A stretch of DNA of 51,371 nt from a virus (taxonomy: Duplodnaviria; Caudoviricetes). The position numbers and the translations under genes were made by a program. This document shows positions 17,003-25,714 of the stretch, one piece after another. Positions within the stretch are counted from its first letter, which is position 1; each line of letters begins with the position of its first letter. The stretch is taken from positions 1 to 51,371 of the IMG/VR virus record IMGVR_UViG_3300028792_000007, one strand, 5' to 3'. A model generated the notes under the pieces. The model saw only the letters and a list, made by a program, of their open reading frames with translations. It made no database searches and was not told the DNA's origin.

Positions 17003-17865
17003 TGGACTGGGTCAAGCTCTACACCACCTATCCCGACGACGTCGCGATCGCGACCGCGGACGACTCCGGCGAGGTGATGTTCACCCGCGGCATCGCCTAC
17101 TGCGGCCGCGCGGACACCGGCGGGTTCATCCCCGACACCAAGCTCCAGGACCTCACCCGCCGGCCCGCTCGCGCGAAGACCATCGTCCGCCAGCTCACAC
17201 GGGACACGCCCCTGGGCGACCCGGGCCCGTGGGAGAAGGTCACGGGCGGCTACCGGATCCGGAACTGGTCGCACTACCAGGAGCAGCTCGATGCACTCGC
17301 GGCCCGCCGGAAGAACGACAGGACCCGGAAGGCGAAGCAGCGCGCCACCAGCAGGGACACCCCGGACCCAACCACCAGTGAGTCACGTGACCGGTCACGT
17401 GACAGTCACACCACGGATCACGTGACCGGTCACGTGATGTCACGGGGGGAGAGTAAGAGTAAGAGTAGAAATGCTGCTGCCGCAGCATTCACGGCCGCCG
17501 CCGCAGCCGACGAAATCCCCACCGCCATCGCGATCCTCCGCGACAAGCTCCAGTCCCACACTGCCCTCCAGGCGCTCCGCTTCGACCAGCTCGGCAACGA
17601 GAACACCACCCTGCTGCTGCAGCTCATCGACACTCACGGCGACGCCCGCCTCGTCGACACCGCAGTCCGCACCACCCGGCAGCCACCCCCAGTGCACGTC
17701 GCCGCCTTCATCGGCACCTGGAAGGCGATGCCGCCACCCGGGCAACGCCTCGCCGTCGTGAAGGCCTACTGCACCGTCGCAGACCACCGCGACGTCGAGC
17801 TCCGCACCGACGGCACCTGCGGCCAGTGCATCGTCGACGCCAAGGTCGCGGAGGCGAAGCGATGA
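17002..17865 (+). CDS. Replication initiator (RepA/O-like)
   Basis: MDWVKL...GIAYC...TGGFIP...GYRIRNWSHYQ...RKNDRTRKAKQR, then a low-complexity linker carrying iterons. Confidence 0.8.
   Translation: MDWVKLYTTYPDDVAIATADDSGEVMFTRGIAYCGRADTGGFIPDTKLQDLTRRPARAKTIVRQLTRDTPLGDPGPWEKVTGGYRIRNWSHYQEQLDALAARRKNDRTRKAKQRATSRDTPDPTTSESRDRSRDSHTTDHVTGHVMSRGESKSKSRNAAAAAFTAAAAADEIPTAIAILRDKLQSHTALQALRFDQLGNENTTLLLQLIDTHGDARLVDTAVRTTRQPPPVHVAAFIGTWKAMPPPGQRLAVVKAYCTVADHRDVELRTDGTCGQCIVDAKVAEAKR
17383..17468. promoter_or_regulatory. Putative replication origin (iterons plus purine-rich tract) inside the initiator gene
   Basis: 20-bp palindrome TCACGTGACCGGTCACGTGA at 17383 and 17418, then (AGAGTA)3. Confidence 0.7.
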
Positions 17866-18224
17866 GCACCGACCGCGACCAGATCCTCATCCAGGGACGC
17901 CCCGACACCCTCGTGGTCGACCTCATCGCCGAGATCCGCACCCGCACCGGCTGCAACGAGATCGAGCTCGCCTACGACGCCGCCGACCGCACCCTCGCCG
18001 ACGACGAAGAGCCAGGCCCCCACGACGACGTCGCCTGGACCGCGACCGCGTTCTACAAGCGCCGCGGGAAGATCCCCGCCCGCCAGATCACCGGCACCCA
18101 CACCCAGACCGCCGGCCACGTCGACACCCGCGGCCCCGCCCTTGCCCTGGTCAACCTCGTCGAACGCATGGGCATCAACGTCGTCCTCATCGACCGGTCC
18201 GACGGGAGCGACCCCCGTGACTGA
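17862..18224 (+). CDS. Hypothetical protein
   Basis: GGAGG RBS; ATGA coupling. Confidence 0.7.
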   Translation: MSTDRDQILIQGRPDTLVVDLIAEIRTRTGCNEIELAYDAADRTLADDEEPGPHDDVAWTATAFYKRRGKIPARQITGTHTQTAGHVDTRGPALALVNLVERMGINVVLIDRSDGSDPRD

Positions 18225-18549
18225 CACCTTCACCGTCTTCGCGCAGACCGACGACGACTGGGAGGCCGAGACCGCCGCAGCCGCGGCCACCCACCGGGCC
18301 GCGCCCCTCACGCCGGCCGACCTGGAGGTCCTCGAGTTCGCCCGCCTCGACTGGCGCTACCTCGGCGCCCAGGACGCCGCGGTCCAGGACCGGTTCGACC
18401 ACTCCCTGACCAGGTTCAACCAGCGGCTCCGCAGCGTCCTGGACAAGCACGCCGCGGCCGCCTACGACCCGCAGCTCGTGCACCGACTCCAACGCCTCCA
18501 GGCCACCCGCAGCGGCCACCGCACCCCCACGATCGGAGACCCCCGATGA
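18217..18549 (+). CDS. DUF3263-domain protein
   Basis: LEVLEFARLDWRYLGAQDAAVQDRF..SLTRFNQRL...DPQLVHRLQRL. Confidence 0.75.
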   Translation: MTDTFTVFAQTDDDWEAETAAAAATHRAAPLTPADLEVLEFARLDWRYLGAQDAAVQDRFDHSLTRFNQRLRSVLDKHAAAAYDPQLVHRLQRLQATRSGHRTPTIGDPR

Positions 18550-18941
18550 AGTACCGCCGCAAGCCCATCGAGATCGAAGCCATGCGCTTCGACGGCACCC
18601 CCGAGGACGCCGCACCGATCATCGACTGGATCCGCCGGCACCAGCCCGCTGACACCACCGTCCAGTTCAAGGACGGCACCAGCTACGCAGGGTCGATCGT
18701 GCTCACCGGCGCCAGCGGGGCGTCCGCGGTGTTCGACACCGGCTGGATCATCCGCGACGAGCACGGGATCTTCTGCTACGCCCGCCCCGACGTCTTCGAG
18801 GCCACGTACTTCCCCACCACCCCGGCCGGCATCGCCGCCACCGTCACCGTCCTCCTCACCGTCGCCGAGAACGCCGGCAAGGGCTTCGCCAACGAGGTCA
18901 CCCACCGCATCCGAACCACCGCAGGAGGAACCCGTGGCTGA
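18546..18941 (+). CDS. Phage protein of the KYRRKP..IEA type
   Basis: MKYRRKPIEIEAMRFDG...WIIRDEHG...RPDVFEATY. Confidence 0.8.
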   Translation: MKYRRKPIEIEAMRFDGTPEDAAPIIDWIRRHQPADTTVQFKDGTSYAGSIVLTGASGASAVFDTGWIIRDEHGIFCYARPDVFEATYFPTTPAGIAATVTVLLTVAENAGKGFANEVTHRIRTTAGGTRG

Positions 18942-19347
18942 GACCAAGATCGACCCCGAGACGCCCGAGCCCATCGCGCCGGGCTGGTACGCCTACTCGG
19001 GCGGCAGGCAGTCTCTGGTCTTCCACTTGCGAGAGACGGGTCAGTGGTCGGTTCACTTCTCGGACGGCACTGCCTCTGACTGCGTCTGGCCGTACATCGA
19101 GCAGGCGCTCGGCGTGTGGGATCTGGTCCGCATCACACCCCCCGCCCAGTCGCCCGCGCAGTACGTCGCCGGGCTCGCGGAGGACGAGACGCTGGTGGAG
19201 GCGGTGACCGACCGCATGTACGAGCACCTTGACCCCGAGGGCTACGGCTGGGCAGCGGGCGATGGGCCGAGCATCGAGTCGGTCGTGGGCGCGCTGCTCT
19301 CGGGCACCCTCGCCGCCGCCCTCGCTGAGCGGGAGGCGGACCAGTGA
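18934..19347 (+). CDS. Hypothetical protein
   Basis: AGGAGG RBS. Confidence 0.7.
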   Translation: MAETKIDPETPEPIAPGWYAYSGGRQSLVFHLRETGQWSVHFSDGTASDCVWPYIEQALGVWDLVRITPPAQSPAQYVAGLAEDETLVEAVTDRMYEHLDPEGYGWAAGDGPSIESVVGALLSGTLAAALAEREADQ

Positions 19348-19348
19348 G
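19309..19348 (+). repeat. 40-bp gene-boundary direct repeat, copy 1
   Basis: 39/40 identical to 20084-20123; contains GGAGG and the GTGA stop/start. Confidence 0.9.
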
Positions 19349-19751
19349 GCACACCGCCGAGAATGACGCACTCATCATCTACGGCGCGTCCGACGACCTG
19401 ATCGAAGTCGAGGGTCTGCTGCGCGACGAACTGAACCCGCCCTACGGCAAGCCCGCAACCGTCCTCGTGAAGGTGGACGACACGATCTGGGCGAAGGTCC
19501 CAATCGAATACGGCGACGATGGCATCTGGTGCATCTGGCCAGGCGCGATCTTCGCCCCTGTCGAGTTCGTTCCTGCTCGGGGCGACGAGGAGCCCGATGA
19601 CGAGCACGGGTGCCCTGGCTACAGCGACAAGGTCGTCATCGACATGACCGGGATCGAAGCCCGGCGCGTCAACCTCACGCTCACAGACTGCGACATGTCC
19701 CCCGCGCAGACCCGCGTCATTCCGCCCGCTGTGACCGAGGAGACCCGGTGA
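19344..19751 (+). CDS. Phage hypothetical protein (YGASDDLIE motif)
   Basis: IYGASDDLIEVEG...YSDKVVI. Confidence 0.75.
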   Translation: MRHTAENDALIIYGASDDLIEVEGLLRDELNPPYGKPATVLVKVDDTIWAKVPIEYGDDGIWCIWPGAIFAPVEFVPARGDEEPDDEHGCPGYSDKVVIDMTGIEARRVNLTLTDCDMSPAQTRVIPPAVTEETR

Positions 19752-20122
19752 GTGAGCGCGAGGAGTTGGCGGGGGTGCGTGAGGGGCTGATCGAGGCGGT
19801 CTCCGTGCGGCTCCACGTCACCACGGATCGGATCACCGGGCTGGCCCACGGCATCGCGCTCAGCGCGGACACGTCCGCTGTCGAGGAGGCGGTCGATGCG
19901 GTCCTCGCCTCCGACACCCTGGCGCGGATGCTCGCCGAGGCGCGGGCCGAGGCACTGCGGGAGGCGTATCGCGAGCTGATCGGACAGGCATCCTTGCGCT
20001 TTGGCTCGCATGGCCCCCATGACGCGCGCGGCGCTGCCCTGTGGGATGCGGGCTGCTGGCTCAATCCCGACGACCACGACGCGCTCGCCGCCGCCCTCGC
20101 TGAGCGGGAGGCGGGCCAGTGA
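19748..20122 (+). CDS. Hypothetical protein
   Basis: GAGGAG RBS; LAEARAEALREA. Confidence 0.65.
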   Translation: MSEREELAGVREGLIEAVSVRLHVTTDRITGLAHGIALSADTSAVEEAVDAVLASDTLARMLAEARAEALREAYRELIGQASLRFGSHGPHDARGAALWDAGCWLNPDDHDALAAALAEREAGQ

Positions 20123-20123
20123 G
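20084..20123 (+). repeat. 40-bp gene-boundary direct repeat, copy 2
   Basis: 39/40 identical to 19309-19348. Confidence 0.9.
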
Positions 20124-20445
20124 CGCCGAGATCATCCGGCGGGCTGTGGCGCTGATCCGGGAGCGGGCCGAGGCTGCAACGCCGGGACCGTGGATGCGCG
20201 GCGACCTTGACCGCTTCGGCGAAGGGTCGTACACCGTCGACTACACCGACGTGGAGCCGAACGTCTGCGGAGGCATCGACCCAGCAGACGCCGAGCACAT
20301 CGCCTCGTGGCACCCCGCCGCCGCACTCGCCTGCGCCGACATGCTGGAGATCATCGCCGACGGCCTGGACGTCAACCCGTACTACGACTTCCCGCCCGCC
20401 GAGGACTTCGCCCGTGCCTACCTCGGGGAGGGCCACGATGCGTAG
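20119..20445 (+). CDS. Ead/Ea22-like protein
   Basis: AEAATPGPW...DAEHIASWHP. Confidence 0.7.
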   Translation: MSAEIIRRAVALIRERAEAATPGPWMRGDLDRFGEGSYTVDYTDVEPNVCGGIDPADAEHIASWHPAAALACADMLEIIADGLDVNPYYDFPPAEDFARAYLGEGHDA

Positions 20446-20575
20446 CCTCCCGTTCGCTCTCGCGCTGGCCGTCGCGGTCGTGCTCGACCTGGTCAACGCC
20501 ATCGGCTGGGTCGCTGAGACCGCACTGACGTCGTTCGCGAACCTCACCGACGAGCCCGACCAGGGGACCCCGTGA
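20438..20575 (+). CDS. Small membrane protein
   Basis: GGGGAGG RBS; one hydrophobic helix. Confidence 0.5.
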   Translation: MRSLPFALALAVAVVLDLVNAIGWVAETALTSFANLTDEPDQGTP

Positions 20576-20928
20576 GCACCCAGGCGCGCGGGTGCCGCTA
20601 CCCCGACCCGTTCTCGTGGGAGCCGGTCATCGCGACCTTGCGCACCCACTTTGAGGCGTCCGACGCCGCCTTCTACCTCCGCGAGGGCGCCTCGGCCCAC
20701 CGGTACGCCGCCACCGTCCAGGCCGAACGCCGCCTCGCACAGAGCTACCTCGAGCAGCTCCTCGAGACGGCATGGGCACGGTACGGCTGGACCCGCACCT
20801 GCACCGCCCACACCGGCCCCATCTGGAAGCTCGGCGGCGAGTCCTGCGGATGCACCCGCCCCGACGGCCACGACGGCGTCCACGTGTGCACCTGCGGCTC
20901 CTGGTGGCACCTCGGACCGCCACGGTGA
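20572..20928 (+). CDS. Cys/His-rich hypothetical protein
   Basis: CGCTRPDGHDGVHVCTCG; GTGA coupling. Confidence 0.65.
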   Translation: MSTQARGCRYPDPFSWEPVIATLRTHFEASDAAFYLREGASAHRYAATVQAERRLAQSYLEQLLETAWARYGWTRTCTAHTGPIWKLGGESCGCTRPDGHDGVHVCTCGSWWHLGPPR

Positions 20929-21254
20929 AGGCCTCCGACTACCGACAGGCCGCCGCCGCGGCCATGTCCGAGGACACCCTCGAGGAAGCTGTCCGCGACC
21001 TCGCCAAGGGACTCGGGATCCTGCGCTACCACACCTGGAACAGCCGCAACTCCCCCGCCGGCTGGGTAGACGACGTCCTCATCGGCCGCCGCGGAGTCCT
21101 CTTCCGCGAGCTGAAGAAGACCACCGGCACCGTCACCCCGAAGCAGGTCGAGTGCCACCAGGCGCTCCGCAACGTCGGCCTGGACATCGACGTGTGGCGA
21201 CCCGAAGACCTCACCAGCGGCCGCATCGCCCGCGAACTCGCGGCCATCGCATGA
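20925..21254 (+). CDS. VRR-Nuc-domain nuclease
   Basis: MSE..L...YHTWNSRNSPAGWVDDVL...FRELK..G..T.KQ...VWRPED. Confidence 0.85.
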   Translation: MKASDYRQAAAAAMSEDTLEEAVRDLAKGLGILRYHTWNSRNSPAGWVDDVLIGRRGVLFRELKKTTGTVTPKQVECHQALRNVGLDIDVWRPEDLTSGRIARELAAIA

Positions 21255-21598
21255 CCCGCCCGACCGTCCCTGAGACCCTGAAGGAGCACCTGCCCGTGAC
21301 GACCATCGACACCGTGCCCGCTCGGCTCGTCGAACCCCCGCAGCAGCCGTCACCGCTGCCCGCCGGCAGGTCCTCGTTCTGGCTCTCCGACTACACCGAC
21401 GGCGAGCTCATGCCCGACCACGGCGAGATCCCACCGCAGTGGGCGCGCACCAACTGGGTCGGACCACCCCTCGCCCCGATGGTGCTCGCCGGGAGCCGCC
21501 ACAAGTGCCCCGACCCGGACTGCGCGGTCAGCTGGTCCGGCGACCCCGTCTGCTGGGCCTGCGGCACCACCATCCCCGAGGAGACCCCATGCCCGTGA
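21251..21598 (+). CDS. Hypothetical protein with C-terminal zinc ribbon
   Basis: CPDPDCAVSWSGDPVCWACG. Confidence 0.65.
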   Translation: MTRPTVPETLKEHLPVTTIDTVPARLVEPPQQPSPLPAGRSSFWLSDYTDGELMPDHGEIPPQWARTNWVGPPLAPMVLAGSRHKCPDPDCAVSWSGDPVCWACGTTIPEETPCP

Positions 21599-21936
21599 AC
21601 ACCAAGATCGGCGACAACGCGATCACCTTCCTCGAGGAGCACCTCAAGGTCTCCCTGGAGCCCTGGCAGAAGGCCCACCTCCAGCACGTCTACCAGATGC
21701 TGAAGCCGCCAACGGCCACCCTGAGACGGGGCAGCCACGCAGCCAGCATGCGCTACCTCGCGCGCTCCTTCGCGCCCTCCACGCACCTGGTGACCGTTGT
21801 CCTCATGAGCCCCGCAACCCGCCGCCGGCATGCACCGCGGTGCGACCGGTGCTCCCCGATGGCCAACCCGCCCAAGCTCTCCATCGACGGGCACGCCTAC
21901 CACTGCCGCACCCGAGCACGAAAGGGCCGCCGATGA
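21589..21936 (+). CDS. Hypothetical protein
   Basis: GAGGAG RBS; LEPWQK; CDRC. Confidence 0.6.
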   Translation: MPVNTKIGDNAITFLEEHLKVSLEPWQKAHLQHVYQMLKPPTATLRRGSHAASMRYLARSFAPSTHLVTVVLMSPATRRRHAPRCDRCSPMANPPKLSIDGHAYHCRTRARKGRR

Positions 21937-22226
21937 GCATCCAGTTCCTCGGCGACGAGCCGATCAACCACGAGCCCTGCCCCGAGTGCGTGCGGTGCGC
22001 GACGTGCCGCCGCGAGTGGTGCCCGACCGTCATGGACCGCTGCCCGGGCGACCGGCCCTGGGCGAGGCACCCGACCGGCGGCCTGGGCACACGCGACGAC
22101 GAGTACTGCTACAAGTGCACCGCCTGCCCGGGTGGCTACTTCCAGTTCTACGACCCCGCCTACCCGGCGTGCACCGTCATCGAGCAGCCGGCGCACGTGG
22201 TCGCCGACGGCAGGGGCGACAACTGA
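21933..22226 (+). CDS. Cys-rich hypothetical protein
   Basis: Multiple CxxC motifs; ATGA coupling. Confidence 0.6.
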   Translation: MSIQFLGDEPINHEPCPECVRCATCRREWCPTVMDRCPGDRPWARHPTGGLGTRDDEYCYKCTACPGGYFQFYDPAYPACTVIEQPAHVVADGRGDN

Positions 22227-22525
22227 TGACCCTGCCCGTGAACACGATCGCGAACGAGGTCCGCGCGATCCTCACCCGCGGCCTGTCCGGCCGCGGGCTC
22301 CCCCTCGGCGCCGCGCTCGAAGCGACAGACGGGGTCGTCCCCCAGCTCGTCGCCTACGTCCGTGCCGCCGAGGCCCGCGGCCAGGCCGCCCAGCTCACCC
22401 GGGACGACCGCACCAGCCACGCGGCCCTGTTCGGCTACCAGGCCGGCCTCGCCGACGGTCACGCCCAGGCCCTCGACGAACTCACCACCCCCGACACCAC
22501 CACGACGACGGAGACCCACCCATGA
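22226..22525 (+). CDS. Hypothetical protein
   Basis: TGATG coupling. Confidence 0.6.
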   Translation: MTLPVNTIANEVRAILTRGLSGRGLPLGAALEATDGVVPQLVAYVRAAEARGQAAQLTRDDRTSHAALFGYQAGLADGHAQALDELTTPDTTTTTETHP

Positions 22526-23490
22526 GCCGCCGCCACACACCCAAGACCACCCACACCGCCACCACGACCAGCACTACGGCCGACCACCAGGACGTGGCCC
22601 TCGCGGTCGAGGCCTGCCAGGTCGCGCTCATCGGGGCACTGCAGGACCTTCGTCGCGACCTCCCCACCCTCCGTGAGGTGTACGTCGCGACGAACCTCAC
22701 CCCCACCCGCTTCCTCACCGGCCGCGGCCGCGCCGCCCTCGACGTCCTCGTCCGCCGCGAACGCGACGAGGACCGGGCACTGGCCGCCGCGAACCGCGCC
22801 CAGCCCATCCCGCCGCAGCCCCTCCCGAAGATGGGCGCCAGCCCCACACCGGCCAGCGCCCCCGTCCTCGACCTCATCGCCCAGGTCCAAGGCGACCTGT
22901 TCTGGATCCACGTCGGTGCCCGCGACCGCCTCGGCCTGGTCGACGCCGTACTCCTCGCCACCCTCGAACGCCGCCGCGACCCCGACTCCCTCGACGAGCA
23001 GCACCTCCTCGCCCACCTCATCGACGTCGTCGGCCGCATCCACGACCTGACCTGGCTCACCAGGACCACCACCGAGGTCGAGAGCCTCCGCCGCGCCGTC
23101 CGCGACCGCGTCCACGGCGCAGCCGCCCGCCGCCTCCACGCCCTCTGCCCCTGGTGCGGACAACGCTCCCTGACCCTCTACTCCGACGCCGGCGTCGTCC
23201 GCTGCGGAGCGTCCTACGACTCCGGCAACCCCGAACCCTGCCAGTGCAACGGCACCACCAGCCCCCAGTACGACGACCACGACGCCGCCCGCTGCCCCTG
23301 CAAGACCGGCTACCACCGCCACACCTGGACCGGCGACAAGGGCTTCCAGCGCCTCGCGATGCTCATCGAGGACGCCGACAAGACCCGCGCCGCCGAAGCA
23401 CGCGACCTCGAGACCAGGAAGCGGGCGGCCGCCGAGCGCTTCGCCCTAGCGATCATCGCCGGCATCGACTCTGACCAGGTGGAAGAGTGA
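22522..23490 (+). CDS. Zinc-finger protein, putative late-transcription regulator
   Basis: P.SAPVLDL, CPWCGQRSL...VRC...CQC...CPC...HTW; near the end of the early operon before the packaging genes. Confidence 0.6.
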   Translation: MSRRHTPKTTHTATTTSTTADHQDVALAVEACQVALIGALQDLRRDLPTLREVYVATNLTPTRFLTGRGRAALDVLVRRERDEDRALAAANRAQPIPPQPLPKMGASPTPASAPVLDLIAQVQGDLFWIHVGARDRLGLVDAVLLATLERRRDPDSLDEQHLLAHLIDVVGRIHDLTWLTRTTTEVESLRRAVRDRVHGAAARRLHALCPWCGQRSLTLYSDAGVVRCGASYDSGNPEPCQCNGTTSPQYDDHDAARCPCKTGYHRHTWTGDKGFQRLAMLIEDADKTRAAEARDLETRKRAAAERFALAIIAGIDSDQVEE

Positions 23491-23672
23491 CCACCATGAC
23501 GTTCCAGCCCGCCGCCCCGGACCTCCCGAGCCCTGCCGAGGTTGACGCCGCGCGCACCCCAGCCGGCGGCTGGACCCGAGAGCAGCTCGCCGCTTGGGGC
23601 GTCCCGTGGCCGCCACCGAAGGGCTGGATGGCTGATCTCGCCCGCCGCCACGCCGCCCAGGCGAAGGGCTGA
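23487..23672 (+). CDS. Small protein (GGWT..QLA.WGVPWPPP motif)
   Basis: SPAEVDAARTPAGGWTREQLAAWGVPWPPPKGW. Confidence 0.75.
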   Translation: MTTMTFQPAAPDLPSPAEVDAARTPAGGWTREQLAAWGVPWPPPKGWMADLARRHAAQAKG

Positions 23673-23678
23673 TGCCAG

Positions 23679-23930
23679 GTGCTGCCCTACACGACGACCG
23701 ACGAGGACCTCGAGGAACTCCTGGCCAGTGCCGCCGGCCCCCGCGAGCACGTGTCGCTCGCCGAGGCCGCCCGCAGACTGTCGGTCCCCTACGCCACCAT
23801 CAGGTCCTGGAAACACCGACACCTCGTCGCACGCAGTGGGATCGACCGCAACGGAAACGACGTCTACGACCTCGCCACCATCCGACGACTCGCCGAAAGC
23901 ACGAAACGCCGGAAACATCGCGCAAAGTAG
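23679..23930 (+). CDS. HTH DNA-binding protein
   Basis: SLAEAARRLSVPYATIRSWKHR...G..VYDL. Confidence 0.8.
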   Translation: MLPYTTTDEDLEELLASAAGPREHVSLAEAARRLSVPYATIRSWKHRHLVARSGIDRNGNDVYDLATIRRLAESTKRRKHRAK

Positions 23931-24126
23931 GCGCTTGCAACTACTCTGCTCACAGTGGGATCACTTCACCCACAGCACGCCCCGCAGCCTCACGGCCCGG
24001 GGCGTTCGCCATTCTCGGGGAGGGAACCTCCGACTGCTGGGCCTGCGTGGCGCATGGCGTCGGACCCCGGCGCGGGCCGCGTGACGGGCGCCGCGGCGCG
24101 CGGCCCGTGATCCCCGGAGGTGCACG

Positions 24127-24330
24127 GTGCTCAAGACCTGGCACACCGAGAAGACCGACCAGGCACGCAACATCGTGCACGTCACCCCCGACGACGACCT
24201 GGTCGCCCACGACACCACGTCGTTCGGCGCATGCGTCTGCGGGCCCTACAGCGAGGCCGTCGCTGGCTCACGCTGCAGCGGCTGGATCTTCGTGCACCAC
24301 AGCCTCGACGCCCGAGAGGACCGGGAGTGA
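24127..24330 (+). CDS. Small His/Cys protein
   Basis: GGAGG RBS; HVTPDDDLVAH...CVCGP...VHHSLDARE. Confidence 0.75.
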   Translation: MLKTWHTEKTDQARNIVHVTPDDDLVAHDTTSFGACVCGPYSEAVAGSRCSGWIFVHHSLDAREDRE

Positions 24331-24599
24331 TGGCCGCAACCACACCGTCTGGCGCCGAGGGCGCGCGCCGGCTGCACGCCTACTGGACCAAGGACCCGCG
24401 TGGGCTCGCGAAGTGGGCCGACAAGGACGACCCGTGGACCGAGCTCTACCACCACCTGTCGAAGTTCCTGAGCCCTGAGCTGGCCAAGCGCACCGCCGCT
24501 CAGTGGTTCCACGACGTGTTCCACTTCTATCCGGGCAGCGACCTCAACCGCGTCATGCACGGCCACAAGCCGCGCGGCAAGGTCGTCGGGCCCGGCTGA
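24330..24599 (+). CDS. Actinophage-type protein (L..YWT..G.AKW motif)
   Basis: LHAYWTKDPRGLAKW...HLSKFL...AKRTAA...YPG. Confidence 0.7.
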   Translation: MAATTPSGAEGARRLHAYWTKDPRGLAKWADKDDPWTELYHHLSKFLSPELAKRTAAQWFHDVFHFYPGSDLNRVMHGHKPRGKVVGPG

Positions 24600-24901
24600 T
24601 GGCCTGGTCCAACGAGCAGACCCGCACCTCCACCGTCGAGCACAAGCGCTGGGCGGCCGCCGTGAAGCGTCGAGCACGAGGCTGCTGCGAGCTGCAGTAC
24701 GACGGCTGCACCGGCCGCGCTGACCATGCCGACCACATCACTCCGGTGGGCGAGGGCGGCGCTGAGCACGACGTCGCCAACGGCCAGGGCGCCTGCGACC
24801 ACTGCCACGGCATCAAGACCCGAGCCGAGGCGGCTCGCGGCCGCCGCCGCTACTACGGGCAGGCCAGACGCAAGCCCGAGCGGCATCCAGGCCTCCTCTG
24901 A
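24599..24901 (+). CDS. HNH endonuclease, terminase-associated
   Basis: CEL...GCTG...DHITPV...NGQGACDHCHGIKT..EA...ERHPG; directly upstream of terS. Confidence 0.85.
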   Translation: MAWSNEQTRTSTVEHKRWAAAVKRRARGCCELQYDGCTGRADHADHITPVGEGGAEHDVANGQGACDHCHGIKTRAEAARGRRRYYGQARRKPERHPGLL

Positions 24902-25102
24902 CCTGTCAACCCTGGCGTCACCCCACGGGGGGAACCCCTCCCCCCACCCAAGGGCGCGCCGAAGCGTGCTGCTGCTCGGATCTTGTACGGGTCTGGGGTT
25001 TCCCGCGTGCACCTCGATGCGCCATCGCCACGACGGCGCTGGGGCCGGCACCACCAACGCCCGCCACGGGCACGATCCCGTCAAGGGAAGGGACTCACGA
25101 CG

Positions 25103-25699
25103 ATGGCCGGAAATGGTCCGCCCCCCAAGCACCAGGACATGCGAGCTCGCCGCAACGCGACCGTCGCGATGACGCAGCTTCCCGCCGAGGGACGCAAGGG
25201 TCGCGCACCGGCGTGGCCGCTCGGCGCTGACGTCACGATCGACAGCGAGATCGAAATGATCAAGCTCGAGATCAAGGACGTCGACAACGAGATCGAGTGG
25301 GAGGGCGCGGCCCGCCGCCGCTCGGCGCTGCGCCGCGGCCGTGACCGGAAGGTGAAGCGGCAGCGCGAGCTCGAGGCACTGCGCAAGGCTGCGTCCCGCC
25401 TGGAGAAGGAGATCTGGTCCGGGCTCTGGAAGACCCCGCAGGCCACCCAGTGGGAGCGCCGCGGCTGGTATCGCGAGGTCGCGATGTTCGCCCGGCACCA
25501 GGCCAAGGCCGAGTCCGGCTCGCTCGACGACGCGAAGGAAGCCCGCCAGCGCGAGGACCGGCTCGGCCTGAACGACGTCGCGATGCTGCGACTGCGGTGG
25601 GAGGTCGCACCGGCTGCGGCGCCGGCGACCAGGACACCGCAGCGGCGGTCCCAGCGGAACGCGTCGAAGTACGGCGGGCTCAAGGTCGTGTCCGGGTGA
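25103..25699 (+). CDS. terS: Terminase small subunit
   Basis: MAGNGPPPK, APAWPL, WSGLWKTPQATQW, EARQREDRLGL...MLRLRWEV; directly upstream of terL. Confidence 0.85.
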   Translation: MAGNGPPPKHQDMRARRNATVAMTQLPAEGRKGRAPAWPLGADVTIDSEIEMIKLEIKDVDNEIEWEGAARRRSALRRGRDRKVKRQRELEALRKAASRLEKEIWSGLWKTPQATQWERRGWYREVAMFARHQAKAESGSLDDAKEARQREDRLGLNDVAMLRLRWEVAPAAAPATRTPQRRSQRNASKYGGLKVVSG

Positions 25700-25714
25700 A
25701 CCGGATCATGACCG

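Noticed and set aside
17383-17445. CRISPR-like mini array
   Set aside because: Repeats are short, in frame within a gene, lack unique spacers of CRISPR length, and no cas genes are present.
20925-21254. VRR-Nuc and HNH genes as a defence system
   Set aside because: Both are routine phage replication/packaging genes in their usual positions.
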